Of a DNA stretch of 64,000 nt, positions 10,354 to 19,838 are shown in pieces (positions within the stretch are counted from its first letter, which is position 1; each line of letters opens with the position of its first letter). A program made the translations under genes and the position numbers. Source of the stretch: an uncultured delta proteobacterium. GTDB lineage: Bacteria; Desulfobacterota; Desulfuromonadia; Geobacterales; Pseudopelobacteraceae. Below the pieces are notes generated by a model, which was not told where the DNA came from, did no database searches, and saw only the letters and a program-made list of their open reading frames with translations. The stretch spans positions 128,001 through 192,000 of the forward strand of contig CAVYYZ010000003.1 in NCBI GenBank assembly GCA_963772835.1, written 5' to 3'.

Positions 10354-11934
10354 TCATGACTTGAGCAGTCTCAAGTATATAGAATTCAGCATATTCTCTA
10401 TGGCATTATTCGAGGAAATTAAAACTATTGCGCCTTCCGGATTGTCAGGTGGCTCAAATATACTTTTTTGCCGTTCCAGCAATTCAATCCTGCCGTCTGA
10501 GACAGAGGCTCCGAGATAAGACCGCTCATGTAATCTTCTTTGCTGTTCGTCGGAAATACATTGTATGAACAGGATGACAAACTCTGCATGACGAGAAGCA
10601 GCCAATCGGGCAAATTCGGCTCGATTCGCACCGGTTCCGAACCCGGCATCAATGACGACTGAATGTCCTGAAGCAAGTTCTGTGTCAGCCAACCGCTCTA
10701 ACTGATGGTAGGTATTTTGGTTCATAACTTTTGAATACAGACCATCACCAAACGCAACTTTTATTGCTGTTTTCGGAGGCAATCCGGCCAACTGCTTACG
10801 GACAGTATCCGAGTTAAAGACCCGAAGACCAAGTTCGAATGCGAGCTGATACGCCAGGGTGCTCTTACCGCATCCCATTGTCCCGCAGGTGATAAAGAGG
10901 GTAGGGGTGAGGTTGCTTCTTATGCAGTAGCCTTGGGCCAGTCGGAAATAGCGGATAGCACGTTTCTTTGCAGCAGTACGATCTTCTTGACTGATTCCGG
11001 TGTCAAGAAGATACATGCTTTCAACTTTGCCACGTACAAAAGCCCGATATATCTTGTAAAAAGTGATCAGTTTCGCAATATTCGTATCGCCGGAGGTTGT
11101 AATATAGGAAGAAAGTGACTCTTCAGCAAGATCCGGACGATTGTGAAAATCAAGATCCATAAGAAAAAAGGCAATATCTGCGGCCGTATCAGAAAAGCGA
11201 AAGCGATCGTTAAATTCAATGCAGTCGAATATATAAGCGGTATTATGGAGCAGGCAGATATTTCCGAGGTGAATATCACCATCGCATTCACGGATATACC
11301 CTTTTTCTACACGCTCGGTAAATAGAGCGCGGTGTGAATTGATAAATATATCAATGAAGGAGCGGATACGTTCTCTCACTTCTGACGGTAGAGTGGATGT
11401 CTGGAACTGCAACGTTTGTTCAAAATTTTCCTGCCAATTAATCTGAATCTGCTCCACAGTGCCATATTCTGAAATCTGCTGTGAAGTTTCTGCGTTAGAG
11501 TGAAATCGGCATATTACCCGCGTAACATCTTTTATATCCTCAACCGAGATCAATCCGCCCTCAACAAGTCTGTCAAGCATTCTTTCTGCCGGCAGACGCT
11601 TCATCATGACAGCGTAATCGATCACCTTGCCGTCGCCGACAAAAGATGCCCCTGAATCCTTTTCGCGAAGAACTATGACCTTTTCATAGATATCCGGACA
11701 GAGGCGTCGATTGAGACGAAGTTCCTCGAAACAGTAATAACGACGGCGATCAAGCGTAGAAAAATCGAGGAATCCAAAATTAACCGGTTTTTTGATTTTA
11801 AATACGTGTGTATCTGTCAGAAACAGCCATGAGACATGAGTTTGAATAAGCTCAACCGTTCGTGTCATGACCGGGTAAGCCGACGGGTTCAGAAGAGAAT
11901 CCAGAGTATTGGTGGATAGTACAGGGGAAGTCAT
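10354..11934 (-). CDS. Bifunctional APH-like kinase / P-loop (AAA_33) protein
   Basis: IQTHVSW, KIKKPVNFGFLDFSTL, CDGDIHLGNI, DCIEFN, GTMGCGKST. Confidence 0.88.
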   Translation of the reverse strand: MTSPVLSTNTLDSLLNPSAYPVMTRTVELIQTHVSWLFLTDTHVFKIKKPVNFGFLDFSTLDRRRYYCFEELRLNRRLCPDIYEKVIVLREKDSGASFVGDGKVIDYAVMMKRLPAERMLDRLVEGGLISVEDIKDVTRVICRFHSNAETSQQISEYGTVEQIQINWQENFEQTLQFQTSTLPSEVRERIRSFIDIFINSHRALFTERVEKGYIRECDGDIHLGNICLLHNTAYIFDCIEFNDRFRFSDTAADIAFFLMDLDFHNRPDLAEESLSSYITTSGDTNIAKLITFYKIYRAFVRGKVESMYLLDTGISQEDRTAAKKRAIRYFRLAQGYCIRSNLTPTLFITCGTMGCGKSTLAYQLAFELGLRVFNSDTVRKQLAGLPPKTAIKVAFGDGLYSKVMNQNTYHQLERLADTELASGHSVVIDAGFGTGANRAEFARLAASRHAEFVILFIQCISDEQQRRLHERSYLGASVSDGRIELLERQKSIFEPPDNPEGAIVLISSNNAIENMLNSIYLRLLKS

Positions 11935-12079
11935 GAAGCTAGAGTACCATATTGTTCAATAACCGCAAATTGCTGTGATGGTATAAACAGTCGCGTGGGT
12001 TGATATATTCGGAAGAGTAATGTGGAATCAGCAGAGGACCGTCTGTGGCATAATTGCCAATCAGAGTGTAGAAGCACAC

Positions 12080-12109
12080 AAAAAAACCCGCAGATTCGAT
12101 CTCTGCGGG
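12080..12109 (-). terminator. Intrinsic terminator after rplI
   Basis: CCCGCAGA/TCTGCGGG stem followed by a T-run on the minus strand. Confidence 0.75.
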
Positions 12110-12136
12110 CTCTCATTGTGTGATGTTGCAGTGGGA

Positions 12137-12580
12137 CTATGCAGCAGCTACAGTTATCTTCAATGTGGCTGTTACTTCAGGATGGAATTTAACCGTCACA
12201 GAAAAGTCTCCGGTGTGTTTGATCGCTTCGGCAAGAACAATGCTTTTACGGTCAATATCAAAGCCATTAGCCTTCAGATAGGCGGCTATTTCCATGTTGG
12301 TGACTGCACCGAACAGTTTGCCCTCTTCGCCGGCTTTATGTGACAATACTATGTGCAGAGCTTCAAGTCTTGCCCCAAGATTCTTTGCAGATTCAAGGGC
12401 CTTGTTTTTCTTATAGGTCATTTGGCGTTTTGTGTGCTCAAGCGCCTTGGCATTTTTTTCTGTGGCAACTACTGCCAGTTTTTTAGGGAGCAGGTAATTA
12501 CGAGCATAGCCGGGGGCTACCTTTACGATGTCACCGATGTGACCCAACGTTTCAATGTTTTCATTCAAAATAACTTTCAT
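12137..12580 (-). CDS. rplI: 50S ribosomal protein L9
   Basis: MKVIL..LG..GDIVKVAPGYARNYLLP, GKLFGAVT. Confidence 0.98.
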   Translation of the reverse strand: MKVILNENIETLGHIGDIVKVAPGYARNYLLPKKLAVVATEKNAKALEHTKRQMTYKKNKALESAKNLGARLEALHIVLSHKAGEEGKLFGAVTNMEIAAYLKANGFDIDRKSIVLAEAIKHTGDFSVTVKFHPEVTATLKITVAAA

Positions 12581-12643
12581 TTTCTCTCCTTTCGAGCCTG
12601 TTAAGTATTTATTCCAATTCCTGATAGCAATTCAAAATCGGAA

Positions 12644-13606
12644 CTACAGGTTTTCCTGTTTTTTAGGGGTTCTGAAATCAATCCAGAGGTCGAACAAGCC
12701 TATGCAGGCAACAACTGCAAGCATGTACGGTTGGATGATCAGCATAGCGTACAAAAATATCCGTATAAGAGTGGGAACAGAATGTTTAGCAAATAATGAT
12801 GTGATTACTGCCATGCCTTGAAAAAAATAGAGCATGGCGATAATCAGCACTATATTTAGTGCCGGTGATGTTATCGGTGATACCGGCAACAACAGGATAC
12901 ATCCTGCAGCAATAGGAACCCATACAAGCAGATCAGGATTTCTGAAAGAGCTGAAATCCCCGATTACTATTGTTGCAGTTGTTTTGGCAGTACTCTTTTT
13001 TAAAAGAACAAGATTGAATCCGGCAATAATTACAAGCATTGCTGTAACAAGAGCTGGATAGAGCCTCTTTAGCAAATCAGCCGCAGTTACCATCGAAAGT
13101 TTGAGAAGTTCTAAATCTTCTCCCTTTACCCCGGATCTTTCATATATGAGTACCGCCTGATCCAAGCTGCTTGATATCTCATTAGAAATTAGCTGCTGCA
13201 CGTTGTTTACTGAAAAATAACTGTAAAGAATAAATCCTGCTAAAAAAATCAGCAGATTAGCCGCAGTTGTCCAGAAAAGAGTCCGACTGCCGCTAAAACC
13301 TCGTAAAAGAAGCTCCGGCATAAAAAAGCCAATCATCCCGCACATCCCGAAAAACAGTATCCCGGCAAAAAAACCAAACAGAGCTGAGATGGCTGTCGCC
13401 GCACCGAGTATGACAATCAGTGCTGATACACGACCATAAATCAGGCGATTATATGCGGCAGGGAATGGCGCCAGCATTCCTGAAAAAATTCCGAGAGGCG
13501 GTATAGCCAGATAGGCCGCGAATAGAACAAACGAACCGACCACTCCAAGCAAAGACGCTTTCAGGCGCATTTGCAAGTTGTGGTCGGTTGGTAATTTTAT
13601 GCCCAT
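12644..13606 (-). CDS. YybS/DUF2232 family membrane protein
   Basis: Multi-TM protein ending GLFDLWIDFR, between rpsR and rplI. Confidence 0.88.
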   Translation of the reverse strand: MGIKLPTDHNLQMRLKASLLGVVGSFVLFAAYLAIPPLGIFSGMLAPFPAAYNRLIYGRVSALIVILGAATAISALFGFFAGILFFGMCGMIGFFMPELLLRGFSGSRTLFWTTAANLLIFLAGFILYSYFSVNNVQQLISNEISSSLDQAVLIYERSGVKGEDLELLKLSMVTAADLLKRLYPALVTAMLVIIAGFNLVLLKKSTAKTTATIVIGDFSSFRNPDLLVWVPIAAGCILLLPVSPITSPALNIVLIIAMLYFFQGMAVITSLFAKHSVPTLIRIFLYAMLIIQPYMLAVVACIGLFDLWIDFRTPKKQENL

Positions 13607-13616
13607 TTTGAGGATG

Positions 13617-13973
13617 TCAGTTTACTGCGTGATTGGCTGCAATCGGCAGAAGAGCAATGTTTCTTGCACGTTTAATGGCTTCGGTTATGTGGCGTTGATG
13701 AGCCGCACAGTTTCCCGAGATTCTCCGTGGAACGATTTTGCCGCGCTCTGTAATAAAAAAGCGAAGTGTACGAGGCTCTTTGTAGTCAATAATAAGATTT
13801 TTTTCCGCACAAAAACGGCATACTTTACGGCGCTGAAAAGGACGTCTCTTGCGAGGTCCTCCCTGTCCTCCGGGGCCACCTGCCGGGCGTTGTCCCGGGC
13901 CGCCTGCTGGACGCTGGCCGGCACTAGCGGGCCGCTGATAAGTTGAAGTTGTTGCTGGTCTTTCGTCACTCAT
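13617..13973 (-). CDS. rpsR: 30S ribosomal protein S18 (Zn-binding type) with Gly/Pro N-terminal extension
   Basis: [38 protein letters not shown]. Confidence 0.97.
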   Translation of the reverse strand: MSDERPATTSTYQRPASAGQRPAGGPGQRPAGGPGGQGGPRKRRPFQRRKVCRFCAEKNLIIDYKEPRTLRFFITERGKIVPRRISGNCAAHQRHITEAIKRARNIALLPIAANHAVN

Positions 13974-13994
13974 GAGTATATCTCCTCCAGGAAA

Positions 13995-14396
13995 TTATTC
14001 GGCAGCTTCTTCAGCGGCAGATGCTTCTTCCACAGTCTCTTCTTCCACGGTCTCTTCCGTTACGGCATCGGTCAGTTCGGCTTTTTTCTCCGGTGCAATA
14101 CGCTCGGGCAGATCGGTGATGTTTACACTCTGGTAGCGCAGCACCTTGTCGTCAAGTCTCAGGCGCCGTTCAAGTTCGGCGATAAGAGCACTGTCACCAT
14201 CAAAACGGAGATAGTAATAGCGGCCTCTGGCTGACTTCTTGATTGGGTATGCCAGTTTCCTGATACCCCAGTCATCCATTCTGAAACACTCGCCTTTATA
14301 GGACGAGATGACGTCCTGAGCTTTTGTTGTGACCGACTTGATGTCGTCTTCGCTCAGTTCAGGCTGGAGGATGAAAATCGTTTCATACTTCCTCAT
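13995..14396 (-). CDS. rpsF: 30S ribosomal protein S6
   Basis: MRKYETIFIL.P, WGIRKLAYPIKK, acidic tail. Confidence 0.97.
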   Translation of the reverse strand: MRKYETIFILQPELSEDDIKSVTTKAQDVISSYKGECFRMDDWGIRKLAYPIKKSARGRYYYLRFDGDSALIAELERRLRLDDKVLRYQSVNITDLPERIAPEKKAELTDAVTEETVEEETVEEASAAEEAAE

Positions 14397-14405
14397 ATTG
14401 GTAAT

Positions 14406-14448
14406 CCTCCTCACGGATTCGAGCCCCGGTCCTACCCGGAGCAAGGAG
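14406..14448 (-). ncRNA. rpsF leader (S6:S18-binding autoregulatory RNA)
   Basis: Minus strand CTCCTT-GCTCCGG..CCGGGGC-TCGAATCCGT-GAGGAGG: anti-SD pairs with SD, inner hairpin, CCG in internal loop. Confidence 0.75.
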
Positions 14449-14489
14449 ATTTCGGCAAAAATGCCGTCTTTAAAAGAACGAGTCTTGTA

Positions 14490-15404
14490 CTATTTTTTTT
14501 TGCAGAGTGCAACAAATTTCTTGTGATCTGCACAGGTAACGAAGTATTTTTTCACCATATCCACAGGATGATACGATAATTTTGCGCTCCGCAGCCCCGC
14601 GTCACCCAGGTCCTGCTCTCGGTTCAGGTATTTGCAATCCTGATACAGCAGTCGTGCAAATTCTCTGTTCACAAGCTGATTTAAGCCCTCTGTAAAAGGA
14701 TCCGCCTTCTCGAAATGGCAGACGACGGTATCACGGTTAAGGCGCTCGCCAAGGGCAAAAGCGGCCACATTGTCGTTCACAATAACTACAATCCCTGCAA
14801 GTTCGAGCTCATCAGCAAAGTTGAGTGCGTCGGATGCGGCATCAACTTCCAATAAGACTGACCTTCCGGCTTCATTTCGAGAACTTTTAAGCCATCTGTC
14901 CAATACATTGAGACAGCCTTTAAGATGTTCTCTGGAAAAGTGACTGACAGTGTAGTCATGACGAGCAGTGAAATAGCTGATCCTGTTTTTCTTTTTGTGA
15001 AAACGGCTTCCCGGCAAAGTCGCCAGTTCGTCACGTAGATAGAGGTAGTCACATGAATCGCGCGAAAAAGTAATATGCAGGTGACTGTTGACAAGATATC
15101 GTTCCACATAGGAATCATCAGCACCATATAAAGTCTGTCCGTCTGCAAACATGATATTCAGAGCTTCTAAAACATCCCCGCCAAGTGGTGGAAGGAAATA
15201 ACCCGAACCGTCATATCCCTTGCCCAGAATGATAATTGAACCTTCTGTCGTTGTAACCCGGTATTCATGCGCATTCCTGAAGAGATAAAGACCGGCAAAC
15301 GAGAGTTCGGATACCCGAGGCTGGATATCCGTACATAATCGGTCCAGGAGAGGTTTGTCGATTAATTCAAGCGGCCGTGACGCAGGATACTGAGGGATTT
15401 TCAT
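14490..15404 (-). CDS. DUF2156 / phosphatidylglycerol lysyltransferase C-terminal-like (GNAT-fold) protein
   Basis: DYLY....LATLPGSRFHKKKNR, HFEKAD, LNREQDLG..GLRSAKLSYHP. Confidence 0.88.
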   Translation of the reverse strand: MKIPQYPASRPLELIDKPLLDRLCTDIQPRVSELSFAGLYLFRNAHEYRVTTTEGSIIILGKGYDGSGYFLPPLGGDVLEALNIMFADGQTLYGADDSYVERYLVNSHLHITFSRDSCDYLYLRDELATLPGSRFHKKKNRISYFTARHDYTVSHFSREHLKGCLNVLDRWLKSSRNEAGRSVLLEVDAASDALNFADELELAGIVVIVNDNVAAFALGERLNRDTVVCHFEKADPFTEGLNQLVNREFARLLYQDCKYLNREQDLGDAGLRSAKLSYHPVDMVKKYFVTCADHKKFVALCKKK

Positions 15405-15475
15405 TTGAGTTCTCGGATAATTGATGTAGTATTTCAGGTCATCTTATCAGAAAAGTAATCATGGAGGAAATTGTA

Positions 15476-16669
15476 ATGGCTATTGCTATGAAGATTGCCA
15501 GTCAAATATCAAAATCATCATGGATCCGCAGAATGTTCGAAGAGGGTGAGCGCCTTCGACAGAAATTCGGCGCTGAGAACATTTTTGATTTTACTCTTGG
15601 GAATCCTGATGTGGAACCACCCGCAGCTTTTTGTCACGAATTACTGGAACTGGCATTGAAGCCGCTTCCGGGGATGCATCGCTATATGAACAATGCCGGG
15701 TATGTCGAAACCAGAAGTGCTGTAGCAGAAAAAATATCCAGGGATTCCGGTCTCACAGTTCCTGCCGACAATATCATTATGACCTGCGGCGCTGGAGGAG
15801 CTTTGAATGTGGTGCTTAAGACCATCCTCAACCCGGGGGAGGAGGTCATCATTCTCGCTCCCTATTTTGTCGAATACAAGTTCTATATCGACAACCATGG
15901 CGGTGTGCCGGTCGAAGTCTGGACGAATCGCGATACATTCCAGCTTGATATAGATGCTATTGAAAAAGCGATAACTTCGAAGACCAGAGCCGTCATCATC
16001 TGTTCCCCGAACAACCCTACCGGGGTCATCTATCCGGCTGAGAGCCTGAAGCGACTCGGGGAAGTTCTCAAAAAAATACATGAGAAGACAGGCCATCTAA
16101 TCTATGTCATATCAGATGAACCTTACGCTCGAATCGCTTTTGATGGGCAGCATGTTCCCAATATATTCCCGCTTGTCGAGAGTTCCGTCATCGTCACCTC
16201 ACACAGTAAAGACCTGGCTTTACCGGGAGAACGGATCGGTTATCTTGCTGCCAATCCCCGGATGGACACCGCCGGGCAGTTCATGGAAGGTGCGGTTTTC
16301 AGCAACCGCGTGCTCGGTTTTGTCAATGCTCCGGCGCTGATGCAGCGTCTGGTTGCCAAACTGCAGGACGAATCGGTCGATATTTCTGCGTATCAGGCAA
16401 AGCGGGATCTGCTGGTGCGTGAATTAAGCAGTTTGGGTTTTAAAATCGTCAAGCCGGATGGCGCCTTTTACCTGTTTCCTGAATCTCCACTTGCTGATGA
16501 TGTTGAGTTTGTAAAGTTGGCTCAGAAGCATCACATTCTGCTGGTGCCGGGGGCAGGTTTCGGCGCACCCGGCTTTTTCAGGATCGCCTACTGTTTTGAT
16601 ATTAAAATGATCGAGCGGAGTCTGCCGGCCTGGCGCGCACTTGCAAAAGAGGCGGGGCTGAAGGGGTAG
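15476..16669 (+). CDS. PLP-dependent class I/II (aspartate) aminotransferase
   Basis: SSWIRRMFEEG, SPNNPTG, SDEPY, SHSKDLALPGERIGY. Confidence 0.93.
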   Translation: MAIAMKIASQISKSSWIRRMFEEGERLRQKFGAENIFDFTLGNPDVEPPAAFCHELLELALKPLPGMHRYMNNAGYVETRSAVAEKISRDSGLTVPADNIIMTCGAGGALNVVLKTILNPGEEVIILAPYFVEYKFYIDNHGGVPVEVWTNRDTFQLDIDAIEKAITSKTRAVIICSPNNPTGVIYPAESLKRLGEVLKKIHEKTGHLIYVISDEPYARIAFDGQHVPNIFPLVESSVIVTSHSKDLALPGERIGYLAANPRMDTAGQFMEGAVFSNRVLGFVNAPALMQRLVAKLQDESVDISAYQAKRDLLVRELSSLGFKIVKPDGAFYLFPESPLADDVEFVKLAQKHHILLVPGAGFGAPGFFRIAYCFDIKMIERSLPAWRALAKEAGLKG

Positions 16670-16687
16670 TAATCCATAAAAAGTAAT

Positions 16688-17208
16688 TTATGGTATCCGC
16701 TCCTCAGCTTTTTTTTCAAGTAGTTCGATAAAATCGATTGAGCGGTGGACAAAACGGAGATTAAAACGGCTCTCGTACAATAATATTGCAGACGCCACAA
16801 AAAGAAACAGCCCTCCACAGAGGGCTATTAACGTTGGAATCCACGCTTGTTCGTCATTGCCGTAGGCAACATTTACGGCAATGGCAAGGCGCTTGAGGCC
16901 ACAAAAAGCAGCGTTGCAGTATAAAGGGACGCCATTGCTTTCTGAATCAATTTTGCCCGTCGTCTTTGCAGCACAATCTGACCGCGCAGATGCTTCATCC
17001 GCTCTTCAGGGAACGAAATAGTTCCCGTTATAACCGCTTCCACTTCACTCTTCATGACATTTACGCGGTCAAAGATACGGCCCAGTCGGGCTGACGTTGA
17101 AAATATCAGTGTTCCACACGCCGAGATCAGAACTGCAGGAGTAATCATCGACGTCAGGATATGCGAACTGGCGAGCGCCTCTAATAGCTCTTTTTCATGC
17201 GCGGCCAT
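16688..17208 (-). pseudogene. DUF2721-like membrane protein, frameshifted by 2 extra nt near 16889-16892
   Basis: MITPAVLISACGTLIFSTSARLGRIFDR N-terminus; another frame continues LAIAVNVAYG..WIPTLIALCGGLFLFVASAILLYESRFNL..EERIP* to 16688. Confidence 0.8.
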
Positions 17209-17244
17209 TTAATGTTCTCCCCGAATATTATTGTGCATTCCGGA

Positions 17245-19014
17245 TCAGACAATCTTCCTGAGCTCTTCCAGCAAATCAGCCAGGACATCATACCCCTTTT
17301 GCCAGAATCCGCTATCGGTGATGTCAATACCGGCAAGACGGGCGGTATCGGCCGGTGAAAGTGACCCGCCCGATTCCAGCAGATCATGATACCCCGGCTT
17401 GAACGAATCGCCATCCTCGCGATACTTCTGAAAAAGTGCCAGTACCAGCAGTTCGGCGAATGTGTAGGAGTAACAGTAAAATCTGCTGTGGATAAAGTGA
17501 CTGATGTAACTCCATCCCCAGCGATAGGCGGGTATCATCTCTACGGAATCGCCATACAACTTGCCGTTTTCCTCCAGCCAGATTTCAGCTATACGGTCAT
17601 TCGATAGCAACCCCCCCGTCCGTTCATTGTGCAGGCGGAGTTCAAAGCGTGTCAACACGGTCTGACGAAAAGTCGTGGCGATGATGTCTTCAATTTTAGC
17701 GCAGAGCAGTGACCTGCGTACGATCGGGTCCTGTTCACTGTCAAGCAGTCTTCTGGTCAGCAGCATTTCTCCGAAAACTGATGCTGTTTCGGCCAGCGGG
17801 AGAGGAGCATGATAATTCAGCATACTCTGTTTTTGCGAGACAACAAAATGAAGACCATGCCCTGCTTCATGGGCTATAGTGGCAAGGTCACGTAAGGTGC
17901 CGGTAAAATTCAGCAGCAGAAACGGTGGTGAATCCGGCGATATCCCCATGGCGAAAGCCCCCCCCGATTTTCCGGTCCGGGGCTGAACGTCGACACGTCT
18001 TTCGGTGAAAAATGCATCGACAATTTTACCGAATTCAGAGTCGTACTGCCGGTATGAATCGACTACAAGTTCGCGTGCTTCCTCAAATGTATAGTTTCGC
18101 TCCACTTCGGCAACAGGAGCGTAGATATCGCAATTTCTCAGTTTTTCCATGTTCAGCATTCCAGCCTTGATTTTGAAATACTCCTGAGCAAGACCGTAAT
18201 TTGCTTCAGTTACGCACATCAGGTGCTCAACTGCTTCATCCGGAATCTCATTTCCGATATTGGTCGGCTGGATCGGCGTCTGATATTGACGTAATTCCAT
18301 CTCTTGACGGTAGTCGAGTGCCATATTATTGAAAACCGCATTGTACACGATACCGTGTTCTCCGTGACGTTCCAGAAAAAGTGTCATTGCTCTGAATCTG
18401 ACATCAGCAGAAGTATGATGCAGGAGCGCAAGCAGTTCTTCGCCGGTTAATTCCTTCACTGTGCCATCAAGTTCAAAATGGTAGCTGAATGATGCGGAAA
18501 GCTCATCAAACAGTTTGGAAAATGCGTGGACCCCGGTCAGGTCTTTCCGGGTCAGGAGTCGTTCCTCATTCTCTTTAAGGGTGTGAGGACGGAATTTGCG
18601 GATTCCTTCCAAAAAATGAAGATAGCCGGCTGCTTCGGGAAGTACACGGAATGACGCAAAGCGCTCATCGCTCAGTTCCATCAGCTCAAGATCAAAAAAC
18701 AGCAGCTGCTGAGAAAGCCGGCTGCCAAGTTCTGAACATCTTTGGGAAAGGGCCCGGAAAACTTCATTCCCCGAGTTTTCAGCGAACAGCAGATGAGCAA
18801 AGCAAAACGGTTTTGCCATACGGGTTTGGAGCGCCTCATACTCACAGATGGCGGTCAGAAGAGCCGTGTTGTCCAGTGCGGCTATCTTTTCAAAATAGGT
18901 CGCCCGGAAATCGGATGCAAGTTGTTCAAACGAATTCAGATCGAAATCTAGTTCCGGAGAATCCGGGGCAGGGTAGAGTAGTGAGGTGTCCCAGGTTAAA
19001 TTGTCGATGGTCAT
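17245..19014 (-). CDS. pepF: M3 family oligoendopeptidase F
   Basis: AHEAGHGLH zinc motif, GKSGGAF, LAETASVFGE, HF..FYCYSY. Confidence 0.92.
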   Translation of the reverse strand: MTIDNLTWDTSLLYPAPDSPELDFDLNSFEQLASDFRATYFEKIAALDNTALLTAICEYEALQTRMAKPFCFAHLLFAENSGNEVFRALSQRCSELGSRLSQQLLFFDLELMELSDERFASFRVLPEAAGYLHFLEGIRKFRPHTLKENEERLLTRKDLTGVHAFSKLFDELSASFSYHFELDGTVKELTGEELLALLHHTSADVRFRAMTLFLERHGEHGIVYNAVFNNMALDYRQEMELRQYQTPIQPTNIGNEIPDEAVEHLMCVTEANYGLAQEYFKIKAGMLNMEKLRNCDIYAPVAEVERNYTFEEARELVVDSYRQYDSEFGKIVDAFFTERRVDVQPRTGKSGGAFAMGISPDSPPFLLLNFTGTLRDLATIAHEAGHGLHFVVSQKQSMLNYHAPLPLAETASVFGEMLLTRRLLDSEQDPIVRRSLLCAKIEDIIATTFRQTVLTRFELRLHNERTGGLLSNDRIAEIWLEENGKLYGDSVEMIPAYRWGWSYISHFIHSRFYCYSYTFAELLVLALFQKYREDGDSFKPGYHDLLESGGSLSPADTARLAGIDITDSGFWQKGYDVLADLLEELRKIV

Positions 19015-19119
19015 TTTTGAGGCTCCAAACATGTTTATTTTTCTGCACACTACACTGGATACAGCTACTCGTCAAGGCGGGCCGGGAAATGAACTGCAAA
19101 AGAAATCGTCAGAAAAACA

Positions 19120-19148
19120 TTGACACGTCATAGTAAGTTTGCTAAACA
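19120..19148 (+). promoter_or_regulatory. Putative sigma70 promoter of tRNA-Ala
   Basis: TTGACA-17nt-TAAACA just upstream of the tRNA. Confidence 0.55.
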
Positions 19149-19162
19149 AGCGGCTTACTTGT

Positions 19163-19238
19163 GGGGCTGTAGCTCAGCTGGGAGAGCGCCTGACTGGCAG
19201 TCAGGAGGTCGACAGTTCGATCCTGTTCAGCTCCACCA
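19163..19238 (+). tRNA. tRNA-Ala(GGC)
   Basis: 76-nt cloverleaf GGGGCTG..CAGCTCCACCA, G3:U70 pair, anticodon arm CCTGA-CTGGCAG-TCAGG, TTCGA T-loop. Confidence 0.98.
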
Positions 19239-19246
19239 AATAATTC

Positions 19247-19278
19247 AAGGACTTAGCTATTTGCTAGGTCCTTTTTTT
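19247..19278 (+). terminator. Intrinsic terminator after tRNA-Ala
   Basis: AAGGACTTAGC/GCTAGGTCCTT stem plus T-run. Confidence 0.8.
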
Positions 19279-19343
19279 GTTCAGAATGACTGTAACAGGT
19301 CAGTTGTTTGTGTGCTTATTTTAAAGTAAAGAACGTAAAACGA

Positions 19344-19811
19344 CTACGCGTCATGTCGTTTTTCCAGATCCAATAGTTTCTTTTTAATTTCCAGCCCGCC
19401 CCGGTAGCCAACCAGCCTTCCGTCTGCGCCAATGACCCGATGGCATGGAATAAACAGTGGAATGGGATTCCTGTTGTTCGCCATTCCCACAGCACGACAC
19501 GCCTTTGGGTTTCCGGCAGCGATTGCAATCTCCTTATAGCTGGCAGTTTTTCCATAAGGAACTCCGCAGAGAATCTCCCATACCAACCGCATGAAAACGG
19601 TACCGCAGGGGGCAAGCGGCAGTGAAAACGACTGCAGCTCTCCAGCAAGATATGCATCCAGTTGCCGAAAGGCCTCTTTTATGACTTCTGTTTCACACCT
19701 TGGTACGCTCTGCGGGAAAGAGTCCGTTTCAAAATAAAGATTAGTAATGCTGCCATTTTCTTCCGCAATGCCGATTCGTCCGATGGGCGTGCTGTTAAAA
19801 TACAGATTCAT
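19344..19811 (-). CDS. ogt: Methylated-DNA--protein-cysteine S-methyltransferase
   Basis: VPYGKTASY, RAVG.AN..NP, IPCHRVIG active site; GGAGG RBS before ATG 19811. Confidence 0.93.
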   Translation of the reverse strand: MNLYFNSTPIGRIGIAEENGSITNLYFETDSFPQSVPRCETEVIKEAFRQLDAYLAGELQSFSLPLAPCGTVFMRLVWEILCGVPYGKTASYKEIAIAAGNPKACRAVGMANNRNPIPLFIPCHRVIGADGRLVGYRGGLEIKKKLLDLEKRHDA

Positions 19812-19838
19812 CTGCGTGTACCTCCGGGACACTCACAT

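Noticed and set aside
19120..19329. 69-aa ORF
   Set aside because: Spans the tRNA-Ala gene, its promoter and its terminator
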